DNA of 64,000 nucleotides from an uncultured archaeon (GTDB lineage Archaea > Iainarchaeota > Iainarchaeia > Iainarchaeales > CSSED10-239). The translations under genes and the position numbers were made by a program. Shown piece by piece: positions 18,732-29,333 of this stretch. Location: assembly GCA_964586355.1 (NCBI GenBank), contig CAZPGO010000030.1, positions 20,421-84,420 on the forward strand. The letters are read 5' to 3'. How positions within the stretch are numbered: the stretch's first letter is position 1; every line of letters begins with the position of its first letter. The notes beneath the pieces were generated by a model. The model made no database searches. It was not told where the DNA came from and was given only the letters and a program-made list of their open reading frames with translations.

Positions 18732-20926
18732 GTTGATTTTTTTTTAATAGTTTTTTTTACTGCTGGTTTTTCTTTTTTTATTTGTTTTTTATCTTCTGCT
18801 TTTTTTTCTTTAAGTTTTATTTTTTCTGCATCTTTTATTGCTTTTGCATTTGCTTTTTCGACTTTTGCTTTTTCTCTTTCTTTTACTCTTGCTTCATATT
18901 CTTTTTGTTGTTCAATTCTTAATTTACATTTATGATTTAAGCAAACTTCTACTCCACCACGTTTACTTAGTATTTTAATTATTGGATATTTACACTCCTC
19001 ACAAACTTTTCCTGTTCCTTCAACTTTATATTTCTGAGGCAAAGGAAATGTGTTTTTACAATTAGGATACCCTGAACAGGCTGCAAATTGTTTATTATTT
19101 CTACTTATTCTAACAATTAAATCTTTTCCACAAAGAACACATTTTCCAAGGGTATTATCATATCTTGTTGCTGTTCTTAACTCTTGAGAGATTTCTTGTC
19201 TTTCTTTTACTAATATTTTTACAATATCTAATAATATGTCTCTAGTTTCATCAACAACCTCTGTTTTCTTTTTTTTACCAGCAGCAACAACATCCATCTC
19301 TCCTTCAATCATTGCTGTTAGTTTTGGTTTTGTAATTAGCTGACAATGTTTGTTTAGTACAGAGCAAACAGCTATTGCAATATTGGTTGCAGATATACTT
19401 TTATTTCCTTGAACATACCCTCTATCTCTTAATTTTTTAATAATTACAGGTCTTGTGGATTTTGTTCCTAGATTTTGATCTTCCATTAATTTAATTAAAC
19501 CGCCTTCTGTATAATGGTCTGGAGGGGTTGTCTCTTTTTGATATTTTTGATTATCTACAATATCTACAATTTCGCCTATTTTTAGATTAGGTAATATCAC
19601 TTCATTAATTTTTGAATAAATATATATTTTTTTCCAACCAATTTCTATAATTCTTTGACCAGTTACTACAAATGGTTCTTTTTTTACTTCAATTATTGCT
19701 GAGATATTTTCTGTTTTTGCATCAATATACAATGTTGCAAGAAATCTTCTAACAATAAGATCATATACTTTTTTTTCTAAGCCAGTTATTTTTGAGGAAT
19801 AAGATACTGGATAAATAGGGGGGTGATCTGTTGTTTCTTTTGCTCCTCTTGATGGGTTAATTGGTTTAGATTCTATTTCTTTTATTATTTTTTTAATATC
19901 TGTCTCAGGACATAAAGATAATGTTTTTAATATTTCTAAAAAATTAATACTTTGTGGATAAACAGTGTTATCTGTTCTTGGATAACTAATATATCCTTGT
20001 TGATAAAGACTTTCTGCAATATTCATAGCTTGATTAGTGTTTATGCCAATAGCAGCAGAGGCTCTTAAAAAACTAGTAGTGTTAAAAGGAGCTGGTCTTT
20101 TAAGGTTTTTTTCTTTTTTGTTAATTGTTTTTACTATTCCTGTTTTCTCGTCTTTGATTTTTTCAAAGATCTCTATAGCTTTTTTAAGATCAAATATTTT
20201 TCCGTCTTTATGGGACCCAACAAATTTAATTTTTTCTTTTAAAAAAGTAAGTTCTAATTCTATATATTTTTCTGGCACAAATTTTTCTCTTTCTAGTTCC
20301 CTTTCAACAATAAAATTTAATAAAGGTGTCTGAACTCTGCCTGCGGACAAAAACAGTTTCCCTTTTCTGTTTGCAGTAACTGACAAATATCTAGTAAGTA
20401 TGGCACCCCAAAGTAGATCTATTTCTTCTCTTGTAAAAACAGAATCTGCATAGTTAAAATCAACTTTTCTCAATTTTTCTTCTTGAAAAGAATCATTAAT
20501 TTCTTTTTCTGTAAGTGCACTAAAATATGCTCTTTTCAAATCAAATTTAGTGTTTTTTTCAGAAACATAAGTATATGCTTCTACTCCTATTGCTTCTCCT
20601 TCCCTATCTGCATCTGTTGCTATTATAACTTTTTCAAGTTCTCTTTTTTTTTTAAGTGTTGAGATTATAGCTTTTTCTTTAGGTATGTATCTTAATGCTT
20701 TTTTTGCAAGAACATCTAAATTATTGGTGCTCCAATAACTATCTCCTTCTACAAAATCAACTCCATTAATATGTCCTCTTAATGGAATCACTAAATAATT
20801 TTTTTTATCTTTTGTAAATGAAAAAACATTTACTCCGTTCTCATGATTTGTTTCAAATTTATTTTTAGAAAGTATGCTTGCAATTCTTTTTCCTGCAATT
20901 GCTTTTTCTGAAATTATCAAATTCAT
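18728..20926 (-). CDS. topA: DNA topoisomerase type IA (TopA/Topo III-like) with C-terminal zinc ribbons and a K/E-rich tail.
   Basis: The TOPRIM motif is KVIIATDADREGE. The active-site Tyr lies in QGYISYPRTDN. The C-terminal zinc ribbons read CVLCGK...CSGYPNC and CEECKYP...CLNHKC. Confidence 0.9.
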   Translation of the reverse strand: MNLIISEKAIAGKRIASILSKNKFETNHENGVNVFSFTKDKKNYLVIPLRGHINGVDFVEGDSYWSTNNLDVLAKKALRYIPKEKAIISTLKKKRELEKVIIATDADREGEAIGVEAYTYVSEKNTKFDLKRAYFSALTEKEINDSFQEEKLRKVDFNYADSVFTREEIDLLWGAILTRYLSVTANRKGKLFLSAGRVQTPLLNFIVERELEREKFVPEKYIELELTFLKEKIKFVGSHKDGKIFDLKKAIEIFEKIKDEKTGIVKTINKKEKNLKRPAPFNTTSFLRASAAIGINTNQAMNIAESLYQQGYISYPRTDNTVYPQSINFLEILKTLSLCPETDIKKIIKEIESKPINPSRGAKETTDHPPIYPVSYSSKITGLEKKVYDLIVRRFLATLYIDAKTENISAIIEVKKEPFVVTGQRIIEIGWKKIYIYSKINEVILPNLKIGEIVDIVDNQKYQKETTPPDHYTEGGLIKLMEDQNLGTKSTRPVIIKKLRDRGYVQGNKSISATNIAIAVCSVLNKHCQLITKPKLTAMIEGEMDVVAAGKKKKTEVVDETRDILLDIVKILVKERQEISQELRTATRYDNTLGKCVLCGKDLIVRISRNNKQFAACSGYPNCKNTFPLPQKYKVEGTGKVCEECKYPIIKILSKRGGVEVCLNHKCKLRIEQQKEYEARVKEREKAKVEKANAKAIKDAEKIKLKEKKAEDKKQIKKEKPAVKKTIKKKST

Positions 20927-20989
20927 TATTAATCAAATAGTTTTTTTTAAAGGCATATAAAAAAAATATTAACTAAAAAAAGTTAATTT

Positions 20990-21460
20990 TTAAAAAGTGG
21001 TTTGTAATATTTTCCCTGGAAGATTTTTACTGTTTTTGTGTTCTTTTAATAGTGTTAGAATACTTATTTTTGTTATGCCATCTATTTTAAAAATATTATC
21101 CAGTAATTGCTTTAGATCTGTTTTATCTATTGCCATTATTCTAACAATAATATTATATTCTCCAGTTACTTCTAAAACTTCTTTAACATCTTCAATATCT
21201 TTTAATTTTTTTATAATTTCATTTTGTTTAGATGGATCTATAGTAATTAACATTTCTGCTTTTTCTGTAAATCCAAGTATTTCATAGTCAATTTCTGCAC
21301 TTATTGCTTTAATTATCCCTTTTTGCATCAATCGATCAAGTCTTTTTTTAATTGCAACATCAGTAAGATTAATATCTTTTGCTATATTTGCAAATGACGC
21401 TCTCCCGTTTACTGTTAGTTGTTCAATTATATATTTATCTATTTTATCTATTGCAGGCAT
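20990..21460 (-). CDS. lrp: Lrp/AsnC-family transcriptional regulator (HTH plus RAM domain).
   Basis: The N-terminal HTH is IIEQLTVNGRASFANIAKDINLTDVAIKKRLDRL. A C-terminal alpha-beta RAM domain is present. It is 156 aa. Confidence 0.8.
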   Translation of the reverse strand: MPAIDKIDKYIIEQLTVNGRASFANIAKDINLTDVAIKKRLDRLMQKGIIKAISAEIDYEILGFTEKAEMLITIDPSKQNEIIKKLKDIEDVKEVLEVTGEYNIIVRIMAIDKTDLKQLLDNIFKIDGITKISILTLLKEHKNSKNLPGKILQTTF

Positions 21461-21470
21461 ATTTTTTCAC

Positions 21471-22184
21471 TTACCAATTTGGTTTTAATAATTTATATTT
21501 ATCAAGATACACTTCTGTTTTTAAAATCTCAATAAAAGGAATTACAAATAATACAAAAAACAAACTTGATATTATTGTACCACCTAATAACCCAAAAATA
21601 ACATCTAGAAAGTATGTTATTAATGTTAAAATAAATGCTGTTACAAACAAATAAACTAATAATATTGCATTTTTTTTAAGATAATTAAAATTAATTATTA
21701 GTGCTCTTTCTGTTTTTTCTTTTTCCATAATTATAATTTGGGGCATAAACCAAAATATAACACTCACAAAAAGAAGTATAATATTTATTAAAATATTTTC
21801 TAATAAACCAACATCATATAAAAAACAAATAATAATAAATAATAATAAATAAAAAATAAGATTGAATTTTAATAATTCAAAGAATGGTTCCTTTATTTCT
21901 TTAGATTGTTTTTTATCAAATTCGTATTCATTCTCTACCCTAAACACAATAATTGTTTGAAAGAATGTAAATGCAACAATAAAAACTGCTATTGCTACCA
22001 TAATTAATAAGAGCGTAAATGGATCTTGATTTAATATATTATAAGATATGTTTAAACTTCCTCCAAATAAACTAAATAAAGGGTTTATTAAAAATAATAC
22101 AAATATCAATAATAAACTTATAGAGAATATAACCTTTATATTCTGCAAATATTTTTTTAGTGATAATATAATATCTAAACCCAT
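21471..22184 (-). CDS. Hypothetical polytopic membrane protein (237 aa).
   Basis: It has about 6 hydrophobic helices and no recognised motif. Confidence 0.35.
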   Translation of the reverse strand: MGLDIILSLKKYLQNIKVIFSISLLLIFVLFLINPLFSLFGGSLNISYNILNQDPFTLLLIMVAIAVFIVAFTFFQTIIVFRVENEYEFDKKQSKEIKEPFFELLKFNLIFYLLLFIIICFLYDVGLLENILINIILLFVSVIFWFMPQIIIMEKEKTERALIINFNYLKKNAILLVYLFVTAFILTLITYFLDVIFGLLGGTIISSLFFVLFVIPFIEILKTEVYLDKYKLLKPNW

Positions 22185-22261
22185 TTTTCTACCCTTTGTT
22201 TTTATCTTTATATATACTTTACAAGTAATTCTTTTTAAATAATTAACTTTTTGTGCAGTTT

Positions 22262-23521
22262 TTATTCTTTTTTCAAAAGATCTGTTCTTTTTAAGTTTTG
22301 TTTTTCTATTTTACTTCCTAGTAAGTAATGTTCTTTGGCATTTGTTATTAATATATCAAGTGTTTTGCCTATTTTTTCTTTTTTATTTACTAATATTACT
22401 TGTTTATATTCTTTTGTTCTGCATATTGTGTCTTTGTTATTAAAACCCACTACTCTAACTGTTTTTATTTTATTTAAGTATTTTAAATTATTTTCTAATG
22501 CTATTTTTTTACAAAGAATAGTTGTCTCCCTAGATCTCTTTTTTTTTATGCTTCCAGGTAGATTTGGATATTTATTTGCTTCAATATTTTTTCTTTGCCC
22601 AAACCTAGAGATATTTACAATATCAAACTTAAGTTTTTTAATAATAGTCAAAGTGTCTTTAAACTGTTCTTCGCTTTCTGTTGGAAAACCAACAATAACA
22701 TCTGTTGATAATGTAAGTTCTTTATGTTTTTTTTTAAAATAAGTTATAAGTTCTTCACATTCTTTAACTGTATATGGTCTATTCATTTTTTTAAGTATCT
22801 CGTCGTTTCCACTCTGAATAGGGATATGTAAGAATTTATACATTTTTTTAGAATTAAGTATTTTAGATATCTCTTCTTTATATTTTAATAAATATTTAGG
22901 ATTAGCCATACCAAGTCTAATCTTGAAATCTCCTGGTATTTTTATAATTTCTTTAAGTAGTTCTACAATGTTTGTATTTATATCAAAGCCATAACATCCA
23001 GTATCTTGAGAAGTTAACAATATTTCTTTTGTGTTATTTTCTATAGTTTTGGTTACTTCTTTTTTTATTTCTAAAATATTTTTACTCTTCAAAGTTCCTC
23101 TAGCAAACTTAACCGCACAATAGCTACAAGCACCAAGACAGCCATTAGAGATTATTATGGTTTCTGTGTTTTTATAGTTCTCTTTTTGTTTACTGTTTAT
23201 TAATTCTTTTAGTTTTTCTTTTTCTTCAACTTTAAAGTATTTGGCATTTGGCAAGATTTCTTTAAGACCAAAATCATTAATTGTAACCAAACACCCCGTA
23301 ATAATTATTTTTTCTTCCTTTATTCCTTTCTTTTTAATTTCTCTTAAATATTTTAATATTTTTTGTTCTGTTTGTTCTTTTACACCACAGGTGTTAATTA
23401 TAATAAGATCTGCTTCTGTAATTTTTTTTTCATCAGAAAAAGAAGAGAGATTTCCAATAATCTCTTCACTGTCCTTTTGGTTTAGTGTACAACCAAATGT
23501 TTTAATAAATATTTTTTTCAT
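22262..23521 (-). CDS. MiaB/MtaB-like radical-SAM methylthiotransferase (tRNA modification).
   Basis: There is an N-terminal MTTase domain with three Cys (FGCTLN..., NTCGV, TGCL). The radical SAM cluster is GCLGACSYCAVKFARG. A TRAM-like C-terminus is present. Confidence 0.85.
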   Translation of the reverse strand: MKKIFIKTFGCTLNQKDSEEIIGNLSSFSDEKKITEADLIIINTCGVKEQTEQKILKYLREIKKKGIKEEKIIITGCLVTINDFGLKEILPNAKYFKVEEKEKLKELINSKQKENYKNTETIIISNGCLGACSYCAVKFARGTLKSKNILEIKKEVTKTIENNTKEILLTSQDTGCYGFDINTNIVELLKEIIKIPGDFKIRLGMANPKYLLKYKEEISKILNSKKMYKFLHIPIQSGNDEILKKMNRPYTVKECEELITYFKKKHKELTLSTDVIVGFPTESEEQFKDTLTIIKKLKFDIVNISRFGQRKNIEANKYPNLPGSIKKKRSRETTILCKKIALENNLKYLNKIKTVRVVGFNNKDTICRTKEYKQVILVNKKEKIGKTLDILITNAKEHYLLGSKIEKQNLKRTDLLKKE

Positions 23522-23536
23522 TTACAAAAAATGGTT

Positions 23537-23947
23537 TTATTTTTTAGAAAATATCAAACCTATAATTGCACTAAATAAAAACTCTAAATAGGCAGAATCT
23601 AATAGTGTTTTAAAAAAACCTTTGTTTAATATTTCTAGTGTTTTTAAGAAAGCTACATTATTTAATACAACATAGATCTGATAATAATAAATAAAAAGTA
23701 CAAAATAATAAATAAAAAACCCCATAACTACAAAAACAATTAAAAAAGTCAATTTTTTAATTTTTGCAAATTCTAAAAAATATTTTGTAAGAAAATAAGT
23801 TCCAAAAAATCCAACTATTGGTAATAATACATACATTGGACTTTTCAAAAAATTCTCTTTAGAAATAAAGTAAACCAGTATTTGTGAAATTAAAAAGGTT
23901 ATTATTGATAATATTATTATAAAAAAAATGTTTTTCTTCTCTTTCAT
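23537..23947 (-). CDS. Small hypothetical membrane protein (136 aa, 4 TM).
   Basis: Hydrophobicity only. Confidence 0.3.
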   Translation of the reverse strand: MKEKKNIFFIIILSIITFLISQILVYFISKENFLKSPMYVLLPIVGFFGTYFLTKYFLEFAKIKKLTFLIVFVVMGFFIYYFVLFIYYYQIYVVLNNVAFLKTLEILNKGFFKTLLDSAYLEFLFSAIIGLIFSKK

Positions 23948-24082
23948 ATCTTTTCACCAAATTTTATATATATTTATTGTGTAATATGTTTTTTTAATAG
24001 ATTTGATTTCAATATAACAAGTAATTTAAATATATTGGTAATTTATTTATGTAATAATATATTTATAGGAGTTCTTAATAAC

Positions 24083-25069
24083 ATGTCAACAAATACAAAC
24101 TTTATGCCCTGGACAGAGAAATATAGACCTAGTAGATTAGAAAACATTAGTGGGCAAGATCAAATTATTACTAAACTTAAAAAATATGTGGAAAAAAGAT
24201 CATTACCAAACCTTCTTTTTTCAGGACCACCTGGTGTTGGAAAAACCTGTTGTGCTGTTGCTTTGGCAAAGGAGTTGTTTGGAGAGGGATTTTCACAAGA
24301 TTTTTTAGAATTAAATGCTAGTGATGAAAGAGGTATTAATGTAGTAAGAGGTGCAATAAAGGATTTTGCAAGAACAATAGCCTTAACCTCTGATTTTAAA
24401 ATAATTTTTTTAGATGAGGCTGATGCATTAACTACAGAAGCTCAGCAAGCTTTAAGAAGAACTATGGAAAAATACACTGGAACTGTTAGGTTTATTTTAA
24501 ATGCTAATTATTCTTCTAAATTAATTGCTCCTATTCAAAGCAGATGTTCTTTATTTAAGTTTAAACCATTAACTAATGAGGATGTTAAAAAAAGATTATT
24601 ATTTATTGCAAAAGAAGAAAATGTAGAGATAGATGATCCTGCACTAAATGCTATTAATGACATCTCAGAAGGAGATCTAAGAACAGCTATTAATCTATTA
24701 CAAGCAGCAGCATCAACTAGTGAAAAAATAACAGAAAAAGAAATTTATGATGTTTCTAACACAGCTCAACCAAAAGATGTAATGAATCTTATCGATTCTT
24801 CTCTTGCTGGTGATTTTTTAACCTCTAGGTCTTACTTAGAAAATCTTTTATTTGAACATGGTTTATCTGGTGAAGACATAATAAGTCAGATTTACAAAAA
24901 AATAATTTCTTACCCAGAAGAAAAACTTTCTGTGGAAGGCAAAGTAAAAATAATTGATAAAATTGCAGAATATAATTATAGAATTGTTCAAGGTGCAAAT
25001 GATCGAATACAATTAGAAGCATTAATTTCTCAATTAATATTATTAAATTTAAAAAAAGATGGTGAATAA
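24083..25069 (+). CDS. rfcS: Replication factor C small subunit (clamp loader). The likely start is MSTNTNFMPWTEKYRP at 24083; the ORF-track start at 24035 adds 16 non-conserved residues.
   Basis: The RFC box II is PWTEKYRP. Walker A is GPPGVGKTCCAVALA. The DEAD-like box is IIFLDEADALT, followed by SRC (IQSRCSLFKFKPL). Confidence 0.9.
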   Translation: MSTNTNFMPWTEKYRPSRLENISGQDQIITKLKKYVEKRSLPNLLFSGPPGVGKTCCAVALAKELFGEGFSQDFLELNASDERGINVVRGAIKDFARTIALTSDFKIIFLDEADALTTEAQQALRRTMEKYTGTVRFILNANYSSKLIAPIQSRCSLFKFKPLTNEDVKKRLLFIAKEENVEIDDPALNAINDISEGDLRTAINLLQAAASTSEKITEKEIYDVSNTAQPKDVMNLIDSSLAGDFLTSRSYLENLLFEHGLSGEDIISQIYKKIISYPEEKLSVEGKVKIIDKIAEYNYRIVQGANDRIQLEALISQLILLNLKKDGE

Positions 25070-25071
25070 AA

Positions 25072-26985
25072 ATGGCATCATATATAGATGAATTAAAATC
25101 TCAATTAAACAAAGCTAAAGAGAATAAACCAGAAGAAGTTAAATTAGAAAAAAAGCAGATGGATTGGTCTCAACCAGATAAACAAAAAACACAAGATCTT
25201 TCTTCTGAAAAATCTATAACTGAAGAAAATATTTCCAACACAAAAAATAATAATCAGTCTAAATCAGATAGTTTCTTAGAATTAGATTCTTTAAAAGATG
25301 CTTTTTCAAACAAATCTAATAAGCAACCATATTCTGATATTAATAAAGTCCAAACAGAGCAAAATAAAGATTCTGATTTAAATTTTAAGGAATCTCACCA
25401 AGAATCAAAACTAGCATCTAAGGAAGATTCTGTCTTTGATGAGAATATAAAAGAAACAATTGATAGATCTGTTAATTCTGGAAAAATAGATGTTGAAAAA
25501 ATAGAGACTAAAAAAGATAAACCTAATTTTGAAAAAGTATGGGCCGAAAATTCTCATTTAGTTACAAAGTATGGTGATGTTGAGATTTATAGAATTGAAA
25601 ATCAAGCACTTTATCATTATAAAATTCCAACCCCAAAACCAACAGCAAGTCAGAAATTAATAATTAATACCTTAAAGGAAGCAGCAACAAGATTAATTAC
25701 AATAGATCCTTATAAGATCAGAGATCCTTTACAAAGAAAAAACATTTATTATCAAAAAATTTTAGATATTTTAGAAAATGCACCTGAAATAAATGTTCCA
25801 AAGCACATGTTTGATTTTTATGCAGGGGCAGTTGTAAAAGAAATGGTTGGTTTTGGTCAAATTGAACCATTATTACAAGATGACAAGTTAGAAGAAATTA
25901 TGATCGTTGGTCCAAATAAACCAACTTATGTTTATCATAGAGATTATGGTATGATGACTAGTAATGTTGTATTTTATTCTGATGATGGGATCTTAGAAAT
26001 TATTGATAAAATTTCAAGAATCTTAGGAAGAAGAGTTGATATTTCTAATCCTTTATTAGATGCAAGACTTCCAGATGGTTCTAGAGTAAATGCAACAATT
26101 CATCCAGCATCCATTGATGGGGCAACAATCACTATTAGAAAATTTAAAGCTGACCCTTACACTATTGTAGATCTAATTAAATTTCGTACAATTAACTTAG
26201 AAGTTGCTGGATTTTTATGGTGTATTGTTGATGGGTTTGGGTCAAAACCAGCAAACATAGTTATATCTGGTGGAACAGGTTCAGGAAAAACTACTTTATT
26301 AAATGTTTTAGCAAACTTCATTCCAGATTCTAATCGTGTATTAACTATTGAAGACACTGCTGAGCTAAAATTACCTATAAAACAAGTAATTAGGTTTGAA
26401 GGACGACCACCTGGCTTAGAAGGTAAAGGTGAACTAACATTAGATGTTTTAGTAAAAAACAGTTTAAGAATGAGACCTGATAGAGTAATAGTTGGTGAAA
26501 TTAGACACACAGAAGCTTTATCTTTATTTACTGCTATGAATACCGGCCACGATGGTTGTATGGGTACAATTCACGCGAACTCTCCTAGAGAAACATTAGT
26601 AAGAATAACGTCCCCCCCAATGGAAGTGCCTTTGATGATGCTTGCCGGTCTAGATTTTATAGTTGTTCAGAAAAGATTAAACACTAGTAAAGGAATGGTA
26701 AGAAGAATAGTAAATATTGCTGAGATTAGTGGTGTTTTAGATAATGATCCAAAGGCAGATATTATTTTTAAATGGGATCCAAACACAGATTCTTTAAAAA
26801 GAACAGAGGCACCTATAAAGTTTTTTGAAATGATAAAAACATATACGAATTATACAGATCAGGATATAAAGAATATTTTGACAAAAAGAATAAGTATTTT
26901 AAATGATTTAGTTACTAAGAATATACATGCTCTTGACGATGTGTCAGAAACTATTCAACATGAGTATCTTGATAGAAAATCATAA
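25072..26985 (+). CDS. Type IV pilus / archaellum-family secretion ATPase (FlaI/TadA/VirB11 superfamily) with an N-terminal low-complexity extension of about 200 aa.
   Basis: Walker A is ISGGTGSGKTTLLNVLANFIP. The Asp box and His box are present (TIEDTAELKL and GHDGCMGTIHANSPRE). It immediately follows rfcS. Confidence 0.85.
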   Translation: MASYIDELKSQLNKAKENKPEEVKLEKKQMDWSQPDKQKTQDLSSEKSITEENISNTKNNNQSKSDSFLELDSLKDAFSNKSNKQPYSDINKVQTEQNKDSDLNFKESHQESKLASKEDSVFDENIKETIDRSVNSGKIDVEKIETKKDKPNFEKVWAENSHLVTKYGDVEIYRIENQALYHYKIPTPKPTASQKLIINTLKEAATRLITIDPYKIRDPLQRKNIYYQKILDILENAPEINVPKHMFDFYAGAVVKEMVGFGQIEPLLQDDKLEEIMIVGPNKPTYVYHRDYGMMTSNVVFYSDDGILEIIDKISRILGRRVDISNPLLDARLPDGSRVNATIHPASIDGATITIRKFKADPYTIVDLIKFRTINLEVAGFLWCIVDGFGSKPANIVISGGTGSGKTTLLNVLANFIPDSNRVLTIEDTAELKLPIKQVIRFEGRPPGLEGKGELTLDVLVKNSLRMRPDRVIVGEIRHTEALSLFTAMNTGHDGCMGTIHANSPRETLVRITSPPMEVPLMMLAGLDFIVVQKRLNTSKGMVRRIVNIAEISGVLDNDPKADIIFKWDPNTDSLKRTEAPIKFFEMIKTYTNYTDQDIKNILTKRISILNDLVTKNIHALDDVSETIQHEYLDRKS

Positions 26986-26996
26986 TTATAAATTGA

Positions 26997-28154
26997 TTGT
27001 TAATGACAGAAGTAAATGATAAACAATTAGAATTATTAAAAAAAGAGATGTCTAAATCTAAAGATAACAGCAGTAATATAGATCTAGATGCTGTTGATAG
27101 TATAGTAAACAAACTAAAACAAAAAGACAAATCTAAAGGCATAACAGGCCCAGTTTCAGAATCTCATTTAAAAGAATTAAGAGATATTATTTCTGAAGGA
27201 AAATTAACAAAATTAAATATAGACACTGAAGCAAAGCTAATGGAAGGTTCAGAATCTGTTATAGACAAAAAAATAGTGAAATTATATAAACCTTTTCAAG
27301 GATTTATAAACACAATTGTAAAATACATGCTTAAGCAAAGTATAGGCAAAAAGATTTCTTTTTATCTTTATTCTGCAAATATTAAAAGAACATTAGTACA
27401 ACATTTGGTTTTAGCAGTTTTGTTTTCTATGTTAGTTACTGTTTTTTTATCTTTTTTATTATTTATTATTTTAACTGTTATTAATCCATTATTTTTAATA
27501 GTTCTTCCATTTATTGCTTTAGCAATTTTTCTATTTTCTATTTTTATATTTTCATATATTTTGCCAATGCAGAAAGCAAAGCAAAGAGGAGCTCAAATAG
27601 ATACTGAATTGCCATATGCTTTAAGACACCTGTCTACCGAATTACAAGCAGGTATTGGATTATATAAAACTCTACAATCTATTGCAAAAAACGATTATGG
27701 TTTATTAGCTGACGAGCTTAGTAGAACAATAATTGAAATAGAGAACGGGACTGATACAAAAACAGCATTAAGACATACTGCATTAAGAAGTCAATCCAAA
27801 AATTTCAATATTGCTTTGTTTCATATAATAAGAACATTAAATACTGGTGGAAATTTAGCACAAAGTATTGATGGAGTTGCAGAAACAGTATCTTTTGATC
27901 TTTTAGAGTCTGCTAAACAGTTTGGAGAAAAAATGAATTTTTTTGGAATTATTTTTATATTTGTAGCTATTGTTTTGCCGGTGTTTTTAGCAGTTTTATC
28001 AGCAATAGCAAATGCGCCAATTGGTCAAGGTGGCGAATTGTTTTTACCAGGGGTTTTAAGTGCAGAATTATTAGGGGTTGTTTATTTAGTGGTACTTCCT
28101 GTAATTTTAGGATTTATATCCTTTTATATTAAAGTAATAGAACCAAAAACATAG
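26997..28154 (+). CDS. TadC/FlaJ-like (T2SS-F domain) pilus platform membrane protein, part 1.
   Basis: It is polytopic with T2SS-F-like cytoplasmic helical segments (LPYALRHLSTELQAGIGLYKTLQSIA). It is adjacent to the ATPase. Confidence 0.7.
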   Translation: MLMTEVNDKQLELLKKEMSKSKDNSSNIDLDAVDSIVNKLKQKDKSKGITGPVSESHLKELRDIISEGKLTKLNIDTEAKLMEGSESVIDKKIVKLYKPFQGFINTIVKYMLKQSIGKKISFYLYSANIKRTLVQHLVLAVLFSMLVTVFLSFLLFIILTVINPLFLIVLPFIALAIFLFSIFIFSYILPMQKAKQRGAQIDTELPYALRHLSTELQAGIGLYKTLQSIAKNDYGLLADELSRTIIEIENGTDTKTALRHTALRSQSKNFNIALFHIIRTLNTGGNLAQSIDGVAETVSFDLLESAKQFGEKMNFFGIIFIFVAIVLPVFLAVLSAIANAPIGQGGELFLPGVLSAELLGVVYLVVLPVILGFISFYIKVIEPKT

Positions 28155-28156
28155 AT

Positions 28157-29065
28157 GTGATTAAAGTGAAATTATTAGATAAATATCAAATATATCTTTA
28201 CTCAATAAAAATAAAAGTTCCTGCATTATATTGGATTGCTTCATTTTTTTTGATAGCTATAATATTTAGTGCCTTAATTTATTTAATTTTTAGAAGTTCT
28301 ATTTTTTCAATTTTGGTTTTTACGGTTGTTTTGGATTTGGGGGTGGGTACCCCTTTATTTTTATATACAAAACATATTGAAACAATTGAAAGATTTTGGC
28401 CAGATGCATTAAGATTGATTGCAGATACTATGAAAGCTGGAACTTCTTTTGATTTTGCATTAAGAGAAGTGGCATCAGCTGATTTTGGACCAGTTTCTGT
28501 AGAGTTTAATGAAGTAGTAAGAAGATTAGAGATGGGCGATACAACAAATGATGCATTAACTCATTTATCTATAAGAGTTGATTCTAAAATAATAAAAAGA
28601 ACAGTTACAATTATTCAAGAGTGTTTAAGAACTGGTGCTCAGTTAGCTGAAGTTTTAGATGAAATTGCAAATGATACTAAATATATGTACAGAGTAAAAG
28701 TAGAAAGACAAACAAAAACCCTTTTACAAACTATTTTTGTTTTTGCTGCAGGAGGAGTTATAGCACCTTTTATTTTTGGATTAACAAACGTTATTACACA
28801 GTTTTTAACAAATGTTGCAACAGCATCAGGCATTGCAAATGAAACTTCTATGGCTATTGCAATAGCAACACAGACAACTATAATTTTATTATTAGATATT
28901 TATGTTATGATTGAAGTTGCAGCAGCATCATTAATGATAAGTCTTATGAGAAATGGAAAAATAAGCGGTGCTTTTATTTATTTTCCTATAATGCTTACAG
29001 TAGCATATATTGTGTATTCTATATCTCAATTTATTTTAAATCAGATGTTAGTTACTATGGTATAA
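28157..29065 (+). CDS. TadC/FlaJ-like pilus platform membrane protein, part 2 (GTG start).
   Basis: A second T2SS-F-like repeat is present (WPDALRLIADTMKAGTSFDFALREVA). This gives a split two-gene arrangement. Confidence 0.65.
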   Translation: MIKVKLLDKYQIYLYSIKIKVPALYWIASFFLIAIIFSALIYLIFRSSIFSILVFTVVLDLGVGTPLFLYTKHIETIERFWPDALRLIADTMKAGTSFDFALREVASADFGPVSVEFNEVVRRLEMGDTTNDALTHLSIRVDSKIIKRTVTIIQECLRTGAQLAEVLDEIANDTKYMYRVKVERQTKTLLQTIFVFAAGGVIAPFIFGLTNVITQFLTNVATASGIANETSMAIAIATQTTIILLLDIYVMIEVAAASLMISLMRNGKISGAFIYFPIMLTVAYIVYSISQFILNQMLVTMV

Positions 29066-29085
29066 ATTTTTTAATGTGATAAAAT

Positions 29086-29277
29086 ATGAAAAAAACACAG
29101 AAACTAGAAAAAATAATTAAAGATCAAAAAGCACAGATCTCTTTAGAATTTTTATTAATTATGGGAGTTGTTGTTTTAATTTCATTAATTGTTGGTTTTT
29201 ATTTAAAACAGACTTCTGCAAATCAAGCAAATAAAATTACAGATTATCAGGATAAAAGTTATCAAGGTAATAACTAA
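29086..29277 (+). CDS. Small class-III-signal-peptide pilin-like protein (63 aa; DUF361/Epd-like, Q at +1).
   Basis: It has a basic N-terminus, then KAQ|ISLEF (K-2, A-1, Q+1, E+5), then a hydrophobic helix LLIMGVVVLISLIVGF. Confidence 0.6.
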   Translation: MKKTQKLEKIIKDQKAQISLEFLLIMGVVVLISLIVGFYLKQTSANQANKITDYQDKSYQGNN

Positions 29278-29324
29278 ATTGGTTTGTGGTTGTTTTTATT
29301 GGTTTAGTTTACAAAAAAGAAAAG

Positions 29325-29333
29325 TATATAAAT
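29325..29333 (+). promoter_or_regulatory. TATA box (TATATAAAT) for pilin paralog 1. The SD GGAGGG lies at 29378-29383 and the ATG at 29390.
   Basis: The A/T-rich octamer TATATAAA lies about 57 nt upstream of the ATG. The same TATATAAAT is found upstream of paralog 2. Confidence 0.45.

Noticed and set aside
21379-21654. 91-aa plus-strand ORF spanning the lrp and membrane-protein junction.
   Set aside because: It overlaps two minus-strand genes and is low complexity, so it is not credible.
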